From positions 21,638,001 to 21,702,000 of the forward strand of contig NC_073393.1 in assembly GCF_028641065.1 (NCBI RefSeq): 64,000 nucleotides of DNA. The letters run 5' to 3'. The notes below the pieces were generated by a model. That model did not search any database. It was given only the letters and a program-made list of their open reading frames with translations, and had not been told where the DNA came from. Positions 50,395 to 60,650 of the stretch are shown in pieces. The position numbers were made by a program, and so were the translations under genes. Numbering within the stretch: the stretch's first letter is position 1; the number at the start of each line of letters is the position of its first letter. Origin of the DNA: Leucoraja erinacea. Lineage: Eukaryota.

Positions 50395-50833
50395 TCAAGT
50401 TCAAGTTAGTTTATTGTCATGTGTCCCTGATAGGACAATGAAATTCTTGCTTTGCTTCAGCACACAGAACATAGTAGGCATTTACTACAAAACAGATCAA
50501 TGTGTCCATATACTATAATATAAATATACACACACATGAATAAATAAAATGATAAAGTGCAAATAATAGATAATTGGTTATTAATTATCAAAGTTTTGTC
50601 CGGGTCAGGTTTAATAGCCTGATGGCTGTGGGGAAGTAGCTATTCCTGAACCTGGTTGTTGCAGTCTTCAGGCTCCTGTACCTTCTACCTGAAGGTAGCA
50701 GGGAGTTGAGTGTGTGGCCAGGATGGTGTGGGTCGTTGATGATACTGCCAGCCTTTTTGAGGCAGCGACTGCGATAGATCCCCTTGATGGAAGGAAGGTC
50801 AGAGCCGATGATGGACTGGGCAGTGTTTACCAT
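50395..50833 (-). mobile_element. Rex1/Babar-like LINE 3' end
   Basis: AQSIIGSDLPSI...RCLKKAGSIINDPHHPGHTLNSLLPSGRRYRSLKTATTRFRNSYFPTAIRLLN, then a tgacaataaa tail. Confidence 0.85.
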
Positions 50834-51029
50834 TAGTCATTGGAGACCCTCGGACTATCATTAATCAGACTTTGCTGGACGTTATCACATACTAAATGTT
50901 ATTCCCTTTATCCTGCATTTATACAGTGTCAACGCTTGATTGTAATCATGTATAATCTTTCCACTGACTGGTTAGCATGCAACAAAAGCTTTTCACTGTT
51001 CCTCGGCACACGTGACACTAAACTAAACT

Positions 51030-51570
51030 ATCCGTGTAGCTATCCAAATGTCTCTCAAATGGTGTTATACTACTTTCTCTGGCAGCTTGTTCCATATATA
51101 CCCTCTGTGTAAGAAAGCTGCCCCACAGCTTCCTATTTAATCTTTCCCCTCTCACCTTAATGCTGTGCCCTCTATTTCTGGATTCCCCCACTGGTAGTAA
51201 AAAACACTGGGCATTCACTCTATCTATTCCCCTCATGATTGTATGCGCCTCTATAAGATCACACCTCAGCCTCTTACATTGAGGGGGTGGGGGGGAGAAC
51301 CAAGGAGGGCCTGCTGTAGGATACATTGTAACTTTGTCACTGCCCTTTATGTGGCCACTCTTTGCATACCTTTGTTGTGCAAAACAAAGTATATTGCTGT
51401 GACTCGACAATAAAGCATCATTCATTTCAATAAATAAAGTCCTAACCTGCCCAACCTCCCTCTGTGGCTCAGGCCCTCGTGTCCTGATAAATTTTCCATG
51501 TACTTTTTCTCTAAACCCTTTCCAGCTTAATAACATCCATCCCACAGCAAGGTGACCAAAACTGAACATG
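51030..51570 (-). mobile_element. CR1 LINE 3' fragment
   Basis: RLRCDLIEAHTIMRGIDRV...NRGHSIKVRG. Confidence 0.8.
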
Positions 51571-51989
51571 ATGAAGCAATGAGCAAAAAAACGTAAAGTG
51601 CTGGAGTAACTCAGCGAGTCAGGCAGCACTTCTGGAGAACATGGATAGGCCACGTTTCGGGTCAGGACCCTTCTTCAAACTGCCCGACCCAGTTTCTCCA
51701 GCACTTTGTGTTTTTTTGCACAAGATCCCAGCATCTGCAGTTCCTTGTGAAAGCAATGAACATGTTTAAAAATGTTTATTCAATTTGGATCAAATGCCAA
51801 GAATAAGTAATGTATAAATACAAATACCGCGAAATGGCATGATACAGGAAACTGGGCAGAAAGTGGACAGAGCAGAAGGGAAAAATATTCCATCTGTTTC
51901 CTCAAAAAGGAGCTCTGCATTTTACGCAGGTTTAACTCTTCATGGTAACTGCTGCCACTTCAAATGCAGTGCTGGCAAATACAATGTTA

Positions 51990-52380
51990 AGGGCCTGTCC
52001 CACTATCGTGACCGTTATAGGCGACTGCTGGCACCCGTGATGGGTCGCCGAAATTTTCAACATGTTGAATATTCAGCGGCGACCAAAAAGACTCTGGTGA
52101 CCTCTCACGGCCACAGGAGACCTCTTACGACCATACAGGCTGTACGGTTGTGAGACGTTTCCTACGGTCATGAGAGGTCACCCGCGACATGTCGCCAGGG
52201 GTCTCCTATGATCGTGAGAGGTCTCCTATGGTTGTGAGAGGTCTCCTATGGTCTTGAGAGGTCTCCAAAGAGTTGTAGCGACTTTCTGGTCGCAGCTGAT
52301 TTTTCAATGTTGAAAATTTTGGTGACCTATCATGGGTGCTGGCAGTCGACTGTAAAGGTCACGTAAGTGGGACAGGCCCT
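51990..52380. mobile_element. PIF/Harbinger-like MITE (391 bp) with an internal 20-bp tandem repeat
   Basis: TTA|AGGGCCTGTCCCACT...AGTGGGACAGGCCCT|TTA. Arms pair imperfectly over ~100 bp; gagaggtctcctatggttgt units inside. Confidence 0.85.
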
Positions 52381-52767
52381 TTAGTTTTCATTTTGAGGGG
52401 ATTAGAATATAATAGAATCCGAGGAGGGATATACTGGTGTTGAAGAGTGGAACATGGGATGTTGTCTTTGGGAAGTGGGAGGAAAGCAGAGCATCCGGAG
52501 GAAACGCACGCGATATAGTCACAGGGAGAACAAGCAAACTCCACACAGACAGCACCACAGGTCAGGTGCTCTTACTTCCAGGAAGGACACTGCCTTCTTG
52601 GGAAGATCAGTGGCGGGAATAGAGGCAACCTTCGCCCATCCAGGGCAGACCAAAGCCAGTATTCAAGGGATTCATGTTCCTACGCTGACCAGCCCCTCCT
52701 GTGGGGTGAGGAGGGTCGGCTGCCGGCTCAAAGGTCAAGCCCTCACCGGGGGCACCAGGGCAAGGAT

Positions 52768-53090
52768 GGCACGGTGGCGCAGCAGTAGAGTTGCTGCCTC
52801 ACAGTGCCAGAGACCCAGGTTCGATCCTGACCTAGGGTGCTGTCTGTATGGAGTTTGCATGTTCTCCCTGTGACGGGTGTGGGTCTTCTCCCAGAGCTCC
52901 GGTTTGCTCCCACATTCCACAGACGTGCAGGTTTGCATGTTAATTGGCTTCTGTACATTGTCCTTAGTGTGTAGGATAGAACTAGTGTATGGGTGATCGC
53001 TGATCAGCATGGACTTAGTGGGCCGAAGGGTCTGTTTCCACGCTGTATCTCTAAACTAAACTAAACTAAACTAAACTAAACTAAACTAAA
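52768..53090 (+). mobile_element. HE1-like V-SINE, full length, with (CTAAA)8 tail
   Basis: A box (tggcgcagcagtag), B box (ggttcgatcc), V domain and tail. Confidence 0.92.
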
Positions 53091-53314
53091 CGAAACAAGC
53101 CCCATGAGCTCCTCCAGTGCATTGTACGCCCTCTCAAGGCACCAGTATACACGGGTTAATGTTCAGAATCTATCTCCCAATCAATATCACTAAGTAATCA
53201 TCTTACGATCTTCACATTGCTGCAGGTGGATTTGCTAGAACACGTAAAACAGGCTCAGGACTCCTTCAAGTCAAGTCAAGTTTATTATCGTTTGTACAAG
53301 TGCGAGGAGGTGCA

Positions 53315-53610
53315 GTTTAGTTTAGCGATACAGTGTGGAAACAGGACCTTCGGCCCACCAAGTCCATGCCGACCAACGATCACCCATGCATTAGCACGAT
53401 CCTACACACTAGGGACAATTTTACAGAAGCCAATTAACCTAAAAACCTGCACATCTTTGGAATGTGGGAGGAAAACAGAGCACCCGGAGATAGTCCACGC
53501 GGTCACAGTGAGAACGTGTGAAGACGGCACAGACAGCAGCCGAGGTCAGGATCGAAGTCATGTCTCTGGTGCTGTGAGGCAGCAACTCTACCGCTGCGGC
53601 TTGGTGCTGC
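53315..53610 (-). mobile_element. HE1-like V-SINE inserted in the tail of a Rex1-like element (~53270-54150)
   Basis: Consensus SINE. The host matches the copy at ~11370-11600. Confidence 0.85.
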
Positions 53611-55189
53611 CTCAATTGTGCCGTGCCATTGCAGGTACAATGAAAATATTACTTGCAGCAGTATCACAGGCACATAGGCTCAGACAACACACAAAAAACA
53701 TAAATTATACATACATTCTAACGACAGAAAAAATAAAAATATCGTGTAAAAAAATAAGACATTAGTGGAAATGAATAACAAAATCAAGTCCACTGTAGTG
53801 GAAGAGGTGCGTAGTGTTCCGTTGCTGAGGTGGGATTAGGGTTGTGCGGGTCGGTTCAAGAACCTGATGGTTGGAGTGAAGTCGCTCGTTCCTGAATCTG
53901 GCGGTGTGGGGCTTCAGGCTCCTGTACCTCCTGCCCGACACAGTAGCGGTGAGGAGAGGGCACAGCCCGGATGGTGGGGATCCGTGATCATACTTGACGC
54001 AGCGCCCGGTGTAGAGACTTTAGATGGTGAGAAAGGCGATGCCCGTGATGGACTGGGCTGAGTCCACCCCTCTCTGCAGCCTCTTGCAATCCTGTGCTTT
54101 GGAATTGCCAAACCAAGTCATGATGCAATCAGGCAGGATACTTTCTGGTGTTTAAGATGGAACTGCAGATGCTGGAAAATCGAAGGTACACAATATTTCC
54201 TTCGCTCCGTAGATGCTGCTGCACCCGCTGAGTTTCTCCAGCATTTTTGTGTACCTAGGATACTTTCTGGAATGCTTTGTCGGGGTTTGTTAGAGCACTC
54301 AGTAATATGCCATATCTCTTCACATGATTGCAGCAAACCCTTGGAAAAATGGACCATGGGAAGAGGGGGATGGTGTCCGTAATTGCCAATTGACCGCTAT
54401 AACCGAGTGAGGGGGAAAAATTTAATCCAAGGCCGGGAGGGAAGCGTGCTCATCCAGTCAGTGGAAAGACTATGCATGATTACAGTCAAACAGTCCACCA
54501 TGTACAGATAAGTGATAAATGGTGCAACATTTAGTATATATTAAGTCTGATAAAGACCAATTAAAGATAGTTCAAAGATTCCCAGTGAGGTGGGTGGGAG
54601 TTGAGGACGGCTCTCTAGCTGACGAGAGGACTGTACAGTTGCCTGATAACAGCTGTGAAGAAGCTGTCCTCAAATCTGGAATATTTCCTCACCCAAGTTT
54701 GTCCTACCACAAGTTTAGCTCTGCTGCAAGTTAACATGTGCTTTATAGCTTTGCAAACTGATTAGTTTAGGCTTCTGTTTATTATTGTTACGAGGTATAT
54801 AGTTGATCCCTGGGACACCTCACTATTTACAGATAGCTTATTCAAAATTGTCCCACTGATCCCAGCACTCTGTTTTTGGTTAGTTACCCACTTCCATATC
54901 AAATGCAATTTACATTTCCCACCCCTGCCATCATACTGGATATGGAATGGCTGCCCTGTTATTGTCCTTTGCATTGCAACAATGACTGCACCCCGGTAGT
55001 AACTCGCAGGACCAGCGACATGAAAATCCATGTACCAAATATTACTGATTATTACTTTACTGTATGATTATTGTATATTTATTTGTGCAGTATTGTGTTG
55101 GTGGGCCTGTTAAGCTGCAGCAAGTAAGAATGTAATTGTTCCGTTGCTGGTACATATGACAATTAAATACTCTTGAACTTTGCGTCAAT

Positions 55190-55490
55190 AACACAGTGGT
55201 GCAGCGTTAGAGTTGTTGTCTAACAGCGCCAGAGACTCGCCTTCGATCCTGTCCTTGGGTGCTGTCAGTATGAGGTTGCACGTTCTCACTGTGACCACAT
55301 GGGTTTTCTCTGGGTGCTCCGGTTTCCTCTCACATCCCAAATACATGCAAATGGTTGGTAGATTCATTTGCTTAGGTAAAATTGGCCCTAATGTGTAGGT
55401 TAGAACTAGAGCATGGCTGATTGTGGTTGGCATGGACTCGGTGGGCCAAAGGGCCTGTTTTCACACTGCATTTCTAAATCTAAAACTAAT
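55190..55490 (+). mobile_element. HE1-like V-SINE
   Basis: Head, V domain and tail. Confidence 0.87.
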
Positions 55491-55515
55491 GACAAAATAA
55501 GAATTTGGCGATTGT

Positions 55516-55521
55516 TTTATT
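55516..55521 (-). promoter_or_regulatory. Candidate CKLF polyadenylation signal (an alternative distal AATAAA lies at 51775-51780)
   Basis: AATAAA on the minus strand ~670 nt after the stop, with a T-rich tract downstream. Confidence 0.45.
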
Positions 55522-56192
55522 GAAGCTGCAACATGTTTACAGTGTATACCCAAGTTACGTCAGTGTGGCTGACTGGAAATTCCCCATTACCAAATTCACA
55601 AATGACTCACAAAAAATTTAAATTTCCAACATAAAAATGAATTCCTATGGAATTTAATTAATAAAAAAAGCAAGAATAGTGAGAGAAACAACAACTCGTG
55701 TCATTTCTATTTCCCCCTTGCACCTACATTCCTTCCTCGTATCTTCACAATTTGCAACTATTCAATCCTTTTGTCTCGCACCTTCTGCTTTACATCTGTG
55801 GCTTTTGTCCAATCATCAGCCGATCAAAAAAACGTCCTCACCTGTACCAACCCTATTATGTGGCAGGTAATTTAGAGGGACATGGGCCAAATGCGGGCAG
55901 GTGGGATAAGTATAGATGGGGCATCTTGGTCGGCATGGATGAGTTGGGCCGAAGGGCCTGTTTCCTTGCTGTATGACTCTACAACTCGATGAATGCTGTT
56001 CTGATAACGTTCGATGAGAGGCTTTACTTCATGTTGAGGTGGTAAAGCACGCGCCCATCGTCAATTCCAAGGAGGCCCAAGAGAAGATCACAGAAAGTTT
56101 CAGAAATGCAGTGATGAGTTGAGCGTGGTGTAGAAGGGGCTGAAGGTCCATCAGGAGATGAGTCAGAAGGTCACGTTACTGGACACGCGTGA

Positions 56193-56297
56193 CTATCTGG
56201 CTGGTACGCTTGTGGCCTTTGTTTGGTTGAATGTTATGAGGCTGAATATTACGTACGTGTCAACTGCGTAGACTACGACTCCGAGGAACCCAAAGAC
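56193..56297 (-). CDS. CKLF: CKLF coding exon 4 (stop TAG); protein 142 aa
   Basis: ttttatctccAG acceptor; VFGFLGVVVYAVDTYVIFSLITFNQTKATSVPAR* (fourth MARVEL helix). Not in the ORF track. Confidence 0.88.
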   Translation of the reverse strand, partial: VFGFLGVVVYAVDTYVIFSLITFNQTKATSVPAR

Positions 56298-56519
56298 CTG
56301 GAGATAAAATTAGACAGAAGATGGTTAGCATCTAGAAAGACTCAGAGCCTTCGTTATTCTCAGCCCTAAGGTCTTCTCAAGCTGACAACTCTCCAACGCT
56401 GAACATAGAACAGTCCAACACAAGGCCAGCCCCTTTGGCCCAGAGTGTCCATGCTGACCAAGATCAAGATCAAGATACAATTTATTTGTCATTCACCATT
56501 AAGCCAATTTAAACTAATT

Positions 56520-56815
56520 AGTTTGGTTTGTTTAGAAATAGAGCATGGAAACATGCCCTCTTGCCCACCAAGTCCGCACCGACCAAAGATCACACTAGTT
56601 CTATCCTACACACAAAGGACAATTTACAGAAGCCAATTAACTACAAGTCCGTACGTCTTTGGGGCATTGGAGGAAACCAGAGCACCTGGAGAAAACCCAT
56701 GTGGTCACGGGAGAATGTACAAACACGGTGCAGATAGCTCATGTAGTCATGAACCAACCCGGGTCTCTGGTGCTGCGAGGCAGCAGCTCTACCCGCTGCG
56801 TCACCGTGCCACCCA
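56520..56815 (-). mobile_element. HE1-like V-SINE
   Basis: Reverse complement of the consensus. Confidence 0.85.
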
Positions 56816-56942
56816 CCAGGCGACCGGGCTTAGAGGGAGAGGTGCGAGTGAGAAGGTGAGAGGACAGGATGGGAGGTCCAGTGGTCAGTTCCACCAGAGG
56901 AAGTCAGTCACGCTGGGAGAGCACATCCCCACCCACACTCAC

Positions 56943-57038
56943 CGAGCCGGTGATGATTCCCGCTGTGGTCCTGAGGACAACGGCCGCGATACAAATAACC
57001 AGCAGGAACAGGGCCGCAAACGCTGAGTTCACAGAGTC
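56943..57038 (-). CDS. CKLF: CKLF coding exon 3
   Basis: ttttcAG acceptor; DSVNSAFAALFLLVICIAAVVLRTTAGIITGS (96 nt); GTGAGT donor. Confidence 0.9.
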
Positions 57039-57229
57039 CTGAAAAACAGACACAATTTTCAAATAAATTAATCTGTTTTTCTTCTCAAGGTGAGGCCTGT
57101 TTATCCCTGAAGCACAAAGACCTTCTAGTAGGAAGTTTCTGCATCGCACACTCCAGGAAAGCTACATCATGTTCTCTCTACATACCCCCATCACACACTC
57201 CTGGGGACAGGCACAGAGTGAAGCTCCCT

Positions 57230-57565
57230 CTACATACTCCCAGGGTCAGGGGTCAGACACACTACCATGGTCAGGGGTCAGACACACTCCCAGGGTCAGG
57301 ATCAGGGGTCATACACACTCTCAGGGTCAGGGGTCAGACACACTCCCAGGGTCAGGATCAGGGGTCATACTCTCAGGGTCAGGGGTCAGACACACTCCCA
57401 GGGTCAGGGATCAGACACACTCCCAGGGTCAGGGATCAGACACACTCCCAGGGTCAGGGGTCAGACACACTCCCAGGGTCAGGGGTCAGACACACTCCCA
57501 GGGTCAGGTTCAGGGGTCAGACACACTCTCAGGGTCAGGGGTCAGACACATTCCCAGGGTCAGAC
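57230..57565. repeat. 25/31-bp minisatellite, ~13 units, CKLF intron 2
   Basis: Unit cagacacactcccagggtcaggggt; some units carry an extra ggatca or ggttca. Confidence 0.97.
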
Positions 57566-57772
57566 AGAGTAAAGCTGCCTCTACATATTCCCATCACACC
57601 TTCAAAGATCAGGTATGGAATTGGTAAACCACAATTATCTTCATTCATCTCACATGTCCAACGTTCCCAACCCTGTCCTTCCACCGCCCCACCGGATGTT
57701 TCTCACGACGCGATCTCCCTTTAGTCGGGTCTCGGGCAGCTCGCCCCATTGGGCTGGAGTGCTCGCGCTTAC

Positions 57773-57931
57773 CATCAGCGGCCAGAAGAGCTGGGTTATC
57801 TTGGAGTCGAGCTTGAGCAGATACAGGAGGTAGAAGGCCAGCGTGATGAAGATCTCCATGAGTGGAACGGCCAGGAAGGCCCCAGAGAATGATGAAGCAG
57901 CAAAGCAGACAAAAACCACAAAGGCCACAAC
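57773..57931 (-). CDS. CKLF: CKLF coding exon 2
   Basis: ttcaaAG acceptor; VVAFVVFVCFAASS...LLYLLKLDSKITQLFWPLM (159 nt; cf. human LLYVLRLDRLMKWLFWPLL); GTAAGC donor. Confidence 0.9.
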
Positions 57932-58384
57932 CTTTGAATATAAACACAAACACAAGAACATAAAGCCCTTGGTAAAGCACACTGGTCTCCCAATATCCCC
58001 GTTGCTCTCCTCCATAAGACTGTAAGACACATATGAGACGAGTTTTGACCTGAAACTTCACCCATTCCTGCTCTCCAGAGATGCCTCCTATCCCACTTAC
58101 TCCAGCATTTTTTTAAATCTATCTTAGACATATATGAAACCATAAGACATTAATCATGTATAGTATTTTTGCTGACTGGATAGCATGCAACAAAAAAACG
58201 TTTAACGCTCCCTCAGTACACCTGACAATAAGCTAACCTGTAGGAGCAGTATTAGGCCATTCGGACCATCAAGTCTACTCCACAATGAAATCATGGCAGA
58301 TCTATTCTTCTCTCTCAACCACATTCTCCAGCCTTCTCCCTATAACCTTTGATACCTTTGAGGAACAAAAGATCAAAGGGTCCT

Positions 58385-58417
<33 letters not shown>

Positions 58418-58859
58418 GGGGGGGGGGGGGGGGGGGGGAGGGGGGAATAGAGGAGGAGTCAGCATGCTTTGTAACTTTGTCAGTGCCATAGGTGGCTGCT
58501 GTTTGTATACATTGGGTTTACAAGCTAAGAATTTCACTGTGCCTAGTCACATGTGACAATAAAGTTATCCATAAAGTATTCTATTCAATTCTTTCCTAAT
58601 CATGACTTCCTCTCTGGGATGACCTCCCCCAACAATGTCTACACCCGACAAAGCATCCTATCAGGATGTATCGCAGCTTGGTTTGGGAACAGCTCTGCCT
58701 AAGACCACCAGAAATTGCAGAGTTGTGGACGTAGCCCAGTCCATCACGCAGACCAGACTCACCCACCATCGACTCTATTGTAATCATGTATTGTCCTTCC
58801 ACTTTTCACTGCACCTCGGTACACATGGCAATAAATTAAACTCAAATCTACAATTGGCT

Positions 58860-59265
58860 TTCCAAATGTGTCCTAAATGTTGTTATAGTACCTGCCTCAA
58901 CTCCTTCTCTCGCAGCTCAGTCCATATACCCACCACCCTATGGGTGAAACATGTTTCCCCACAGGTTCCTATTAAATCTTGCCCCTCTCACCTTAAACCA
59001 ATGTCCTCTGGTTCTTGATGCCCCTGCTCTGGGTAAAAGTCTCTGTGCATTTCCCCCCCTATATATTCCACTCATGATCTTATCCACCTCCATAAGATCA
59101 CCCCTCAGTCTTCAGCACTCCAAGGAATAAAGTACAAGCCTGCGCAATTTCTCCCTATAGCCCAGGCCCTCGATTCCTGGCACCATCCTTGTAAATCTTC
59201 TCTGCACCCCTTCCAACTCAGTGGCTTCTTTCCTATAGCAGGGTGACCAAAACTGAACACAACAC
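58860..59265 (-). mobile_element. CR1 LINE 3' fragment
   Basis: cctccataagatcacccctcag and cagggtgaccaaaactgaacaca motifs, as in the other CR1 copies. Confidence 0.8.
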
Positions 59266-59482
59266 TTGTTTAGTTAGGGCTGTGATGTGGTGAGAAGGGG
59301 TTGAAACAGGCAGAGGTGCGGGCTTGGATGAGGCAAAACACAAAAGGAGTTGACAAAGTTTGATAAGAAGGAACCTTATGACCTGGTGAACTGCAGATGC
59401 TGGTTTATACCAAAGATAGACACAAAGTGTTGGGGTAACTCAGCGGGTCAGGCAGCATCAGAAAATGAAGACACATTAAAAG

Positions 59483-59510
59483 CAAAGATCTTATAGCTAT
59501 AAGATCTTTG
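59483..59510. mobile_element. 28-bp perfect palindrome with perfect 8-bp TSD (transposon remnant)
   Basis: ATTAAAAG|caaagatcttatagctataagatctttg|ATTAAAAG. Confidence 0.85.
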
Positions 59511-60506
59511 ATTAAAAGATAAAGGGAATTGCAAATTGATTGAGACTGGATAAAAATGATTGATACCTTTCCCTGAGGCACACAGGATTTTACGACAAGG
59601 CAGTGACTTGACAACATGGTTACCCAGACTGTAGAAACCAAAGATCTTAGAGCGAAGAAACAAGGAACTGCTTATGCTGGTTTACCAATTATATATAGTA
59701 AGTGCTGGAGTAACTCAGAGGTTCAGGCAGCGTCTCTGGAGAAGACGGATAGGTGATTTTTCGGCTCAGGACTCTTCTTCATACTGAGTCTGAAGACCTG
59801 GTTACTCCTGCACTTTGTGTTTATCTTTGGTGTTAACAAAGTTATTGTAGAATACGTATTTAAAGTAATCTATGGCGTGCAGCTGTTTGCCATGTGATGC
59901 AAACGGTAGAGACCAAGAGTTTATGTAGGAAGTCTGTATAAACAAACGCAAGTACCTAATATTACCAAGCTTCAGTAGACACGCCCAATTAGAACCAACA
60001 GCCAAAAAAAATGAAGAAGCCCTACATGTACACAATGTCAGTGCAGTCACCGTCTGACTCAGTGACCCCACACTTCTGACTCAGTGACCCCACACAACCC
60101 CCCACTCACGCCCTGTTTTGTTGCTGTTTTGAAAACTTCACATCCCGGTGATTCTTCCCTCTGCACTCCCTCTCTCCACACCACTAACACCCCCCTCCCC
60201 TCCCCTCCCCTCCCCTCCCCTCCACTGGACCCCCCTCTCTCCTGAGTCTGAAGAAGGGTTTCGGCCCGAAACGTCGCCTATTTCCTCCGCTCCATAGATG
60301 CTGCTGCATCCGCTGAGTTTCTCCAGCAATTTTGTGTACCCCCTCTCTCCAACTCGTCTTTTCCTCTCCCTCTCCAACCCTTTATTTTCTCTTCCCCCTG
60401 CTCTCTCCACCCCTTTCTCTCACTCTTCCCCTGTCCCTCTCTGTCTCTCTCTCTCTTTTTCTCTCCGCCCCCCCCTCTCTCTCTCTCCCCATTCACTCTC
60501 TCTCAC

Positions 60507-60575
60507 CATCTCCAGAATCTTCAGCACACTCCGTTTGGATTTCACAAACGGGAAATTGACCTCTATGTCAGGCAT
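60507..60575 (-). CDS. CKLF: Chemokine-like factor (MARVEL protein), coding exon 1 of 4
   Basis: aacATG start; MPDIEVNFPFVKSKRSVLKILEM has the MARVEL F.xS.xxxLK motif; GTGAGA donor. Named CKLF from its position upstream of CMTM3 and its 159/96-nt internal exons. Confidence 0.85.
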
Positions 60576-60626
60576 GTTCTTGCTGTTTTCAGAGCGGTTC
60601 TGTATAGGGCAATCTGCAGTTCTTCG

Positions 60627-60650
60627 CAAAGATCCTATATAGGATCTTTG
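60627..60650. mobile_element. 24-bp perfect palindrome with 7/8 TSD (transposon remnant) 52 bp upstream of the CKLF ATG
   Basis: GTTCTTCG|caaagatcctatataggatctttg|GTTGTTCG. Confidence 0.8.

Noticed and set aside
52768-52840. tRNA gene
   Set aside because: The A/B boxes are SINE heads followed by a V domain and LINE-like tail, with no complete cloverleaf. The same applies to all HE1-like copies.
57169-57724. Gly/Ser/Gln-repeat ORFs
   Set aside because: Minisatellite translation on the strand opposite CKLF.
58385-58446. Long G runs (also ~16173, ~27113 as C, ~62478) as functional G-quadruplexes
   Set aside because: Homopolymer lengths are unreliable in assemblies and nothing else supports function.
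60576-60629. N-terminal extension of CKLF given by the ORF track (MRRTADC...)
   Set aside because: It starts at a TTG inside the transposon scar; the ATG at 60575 has good context.
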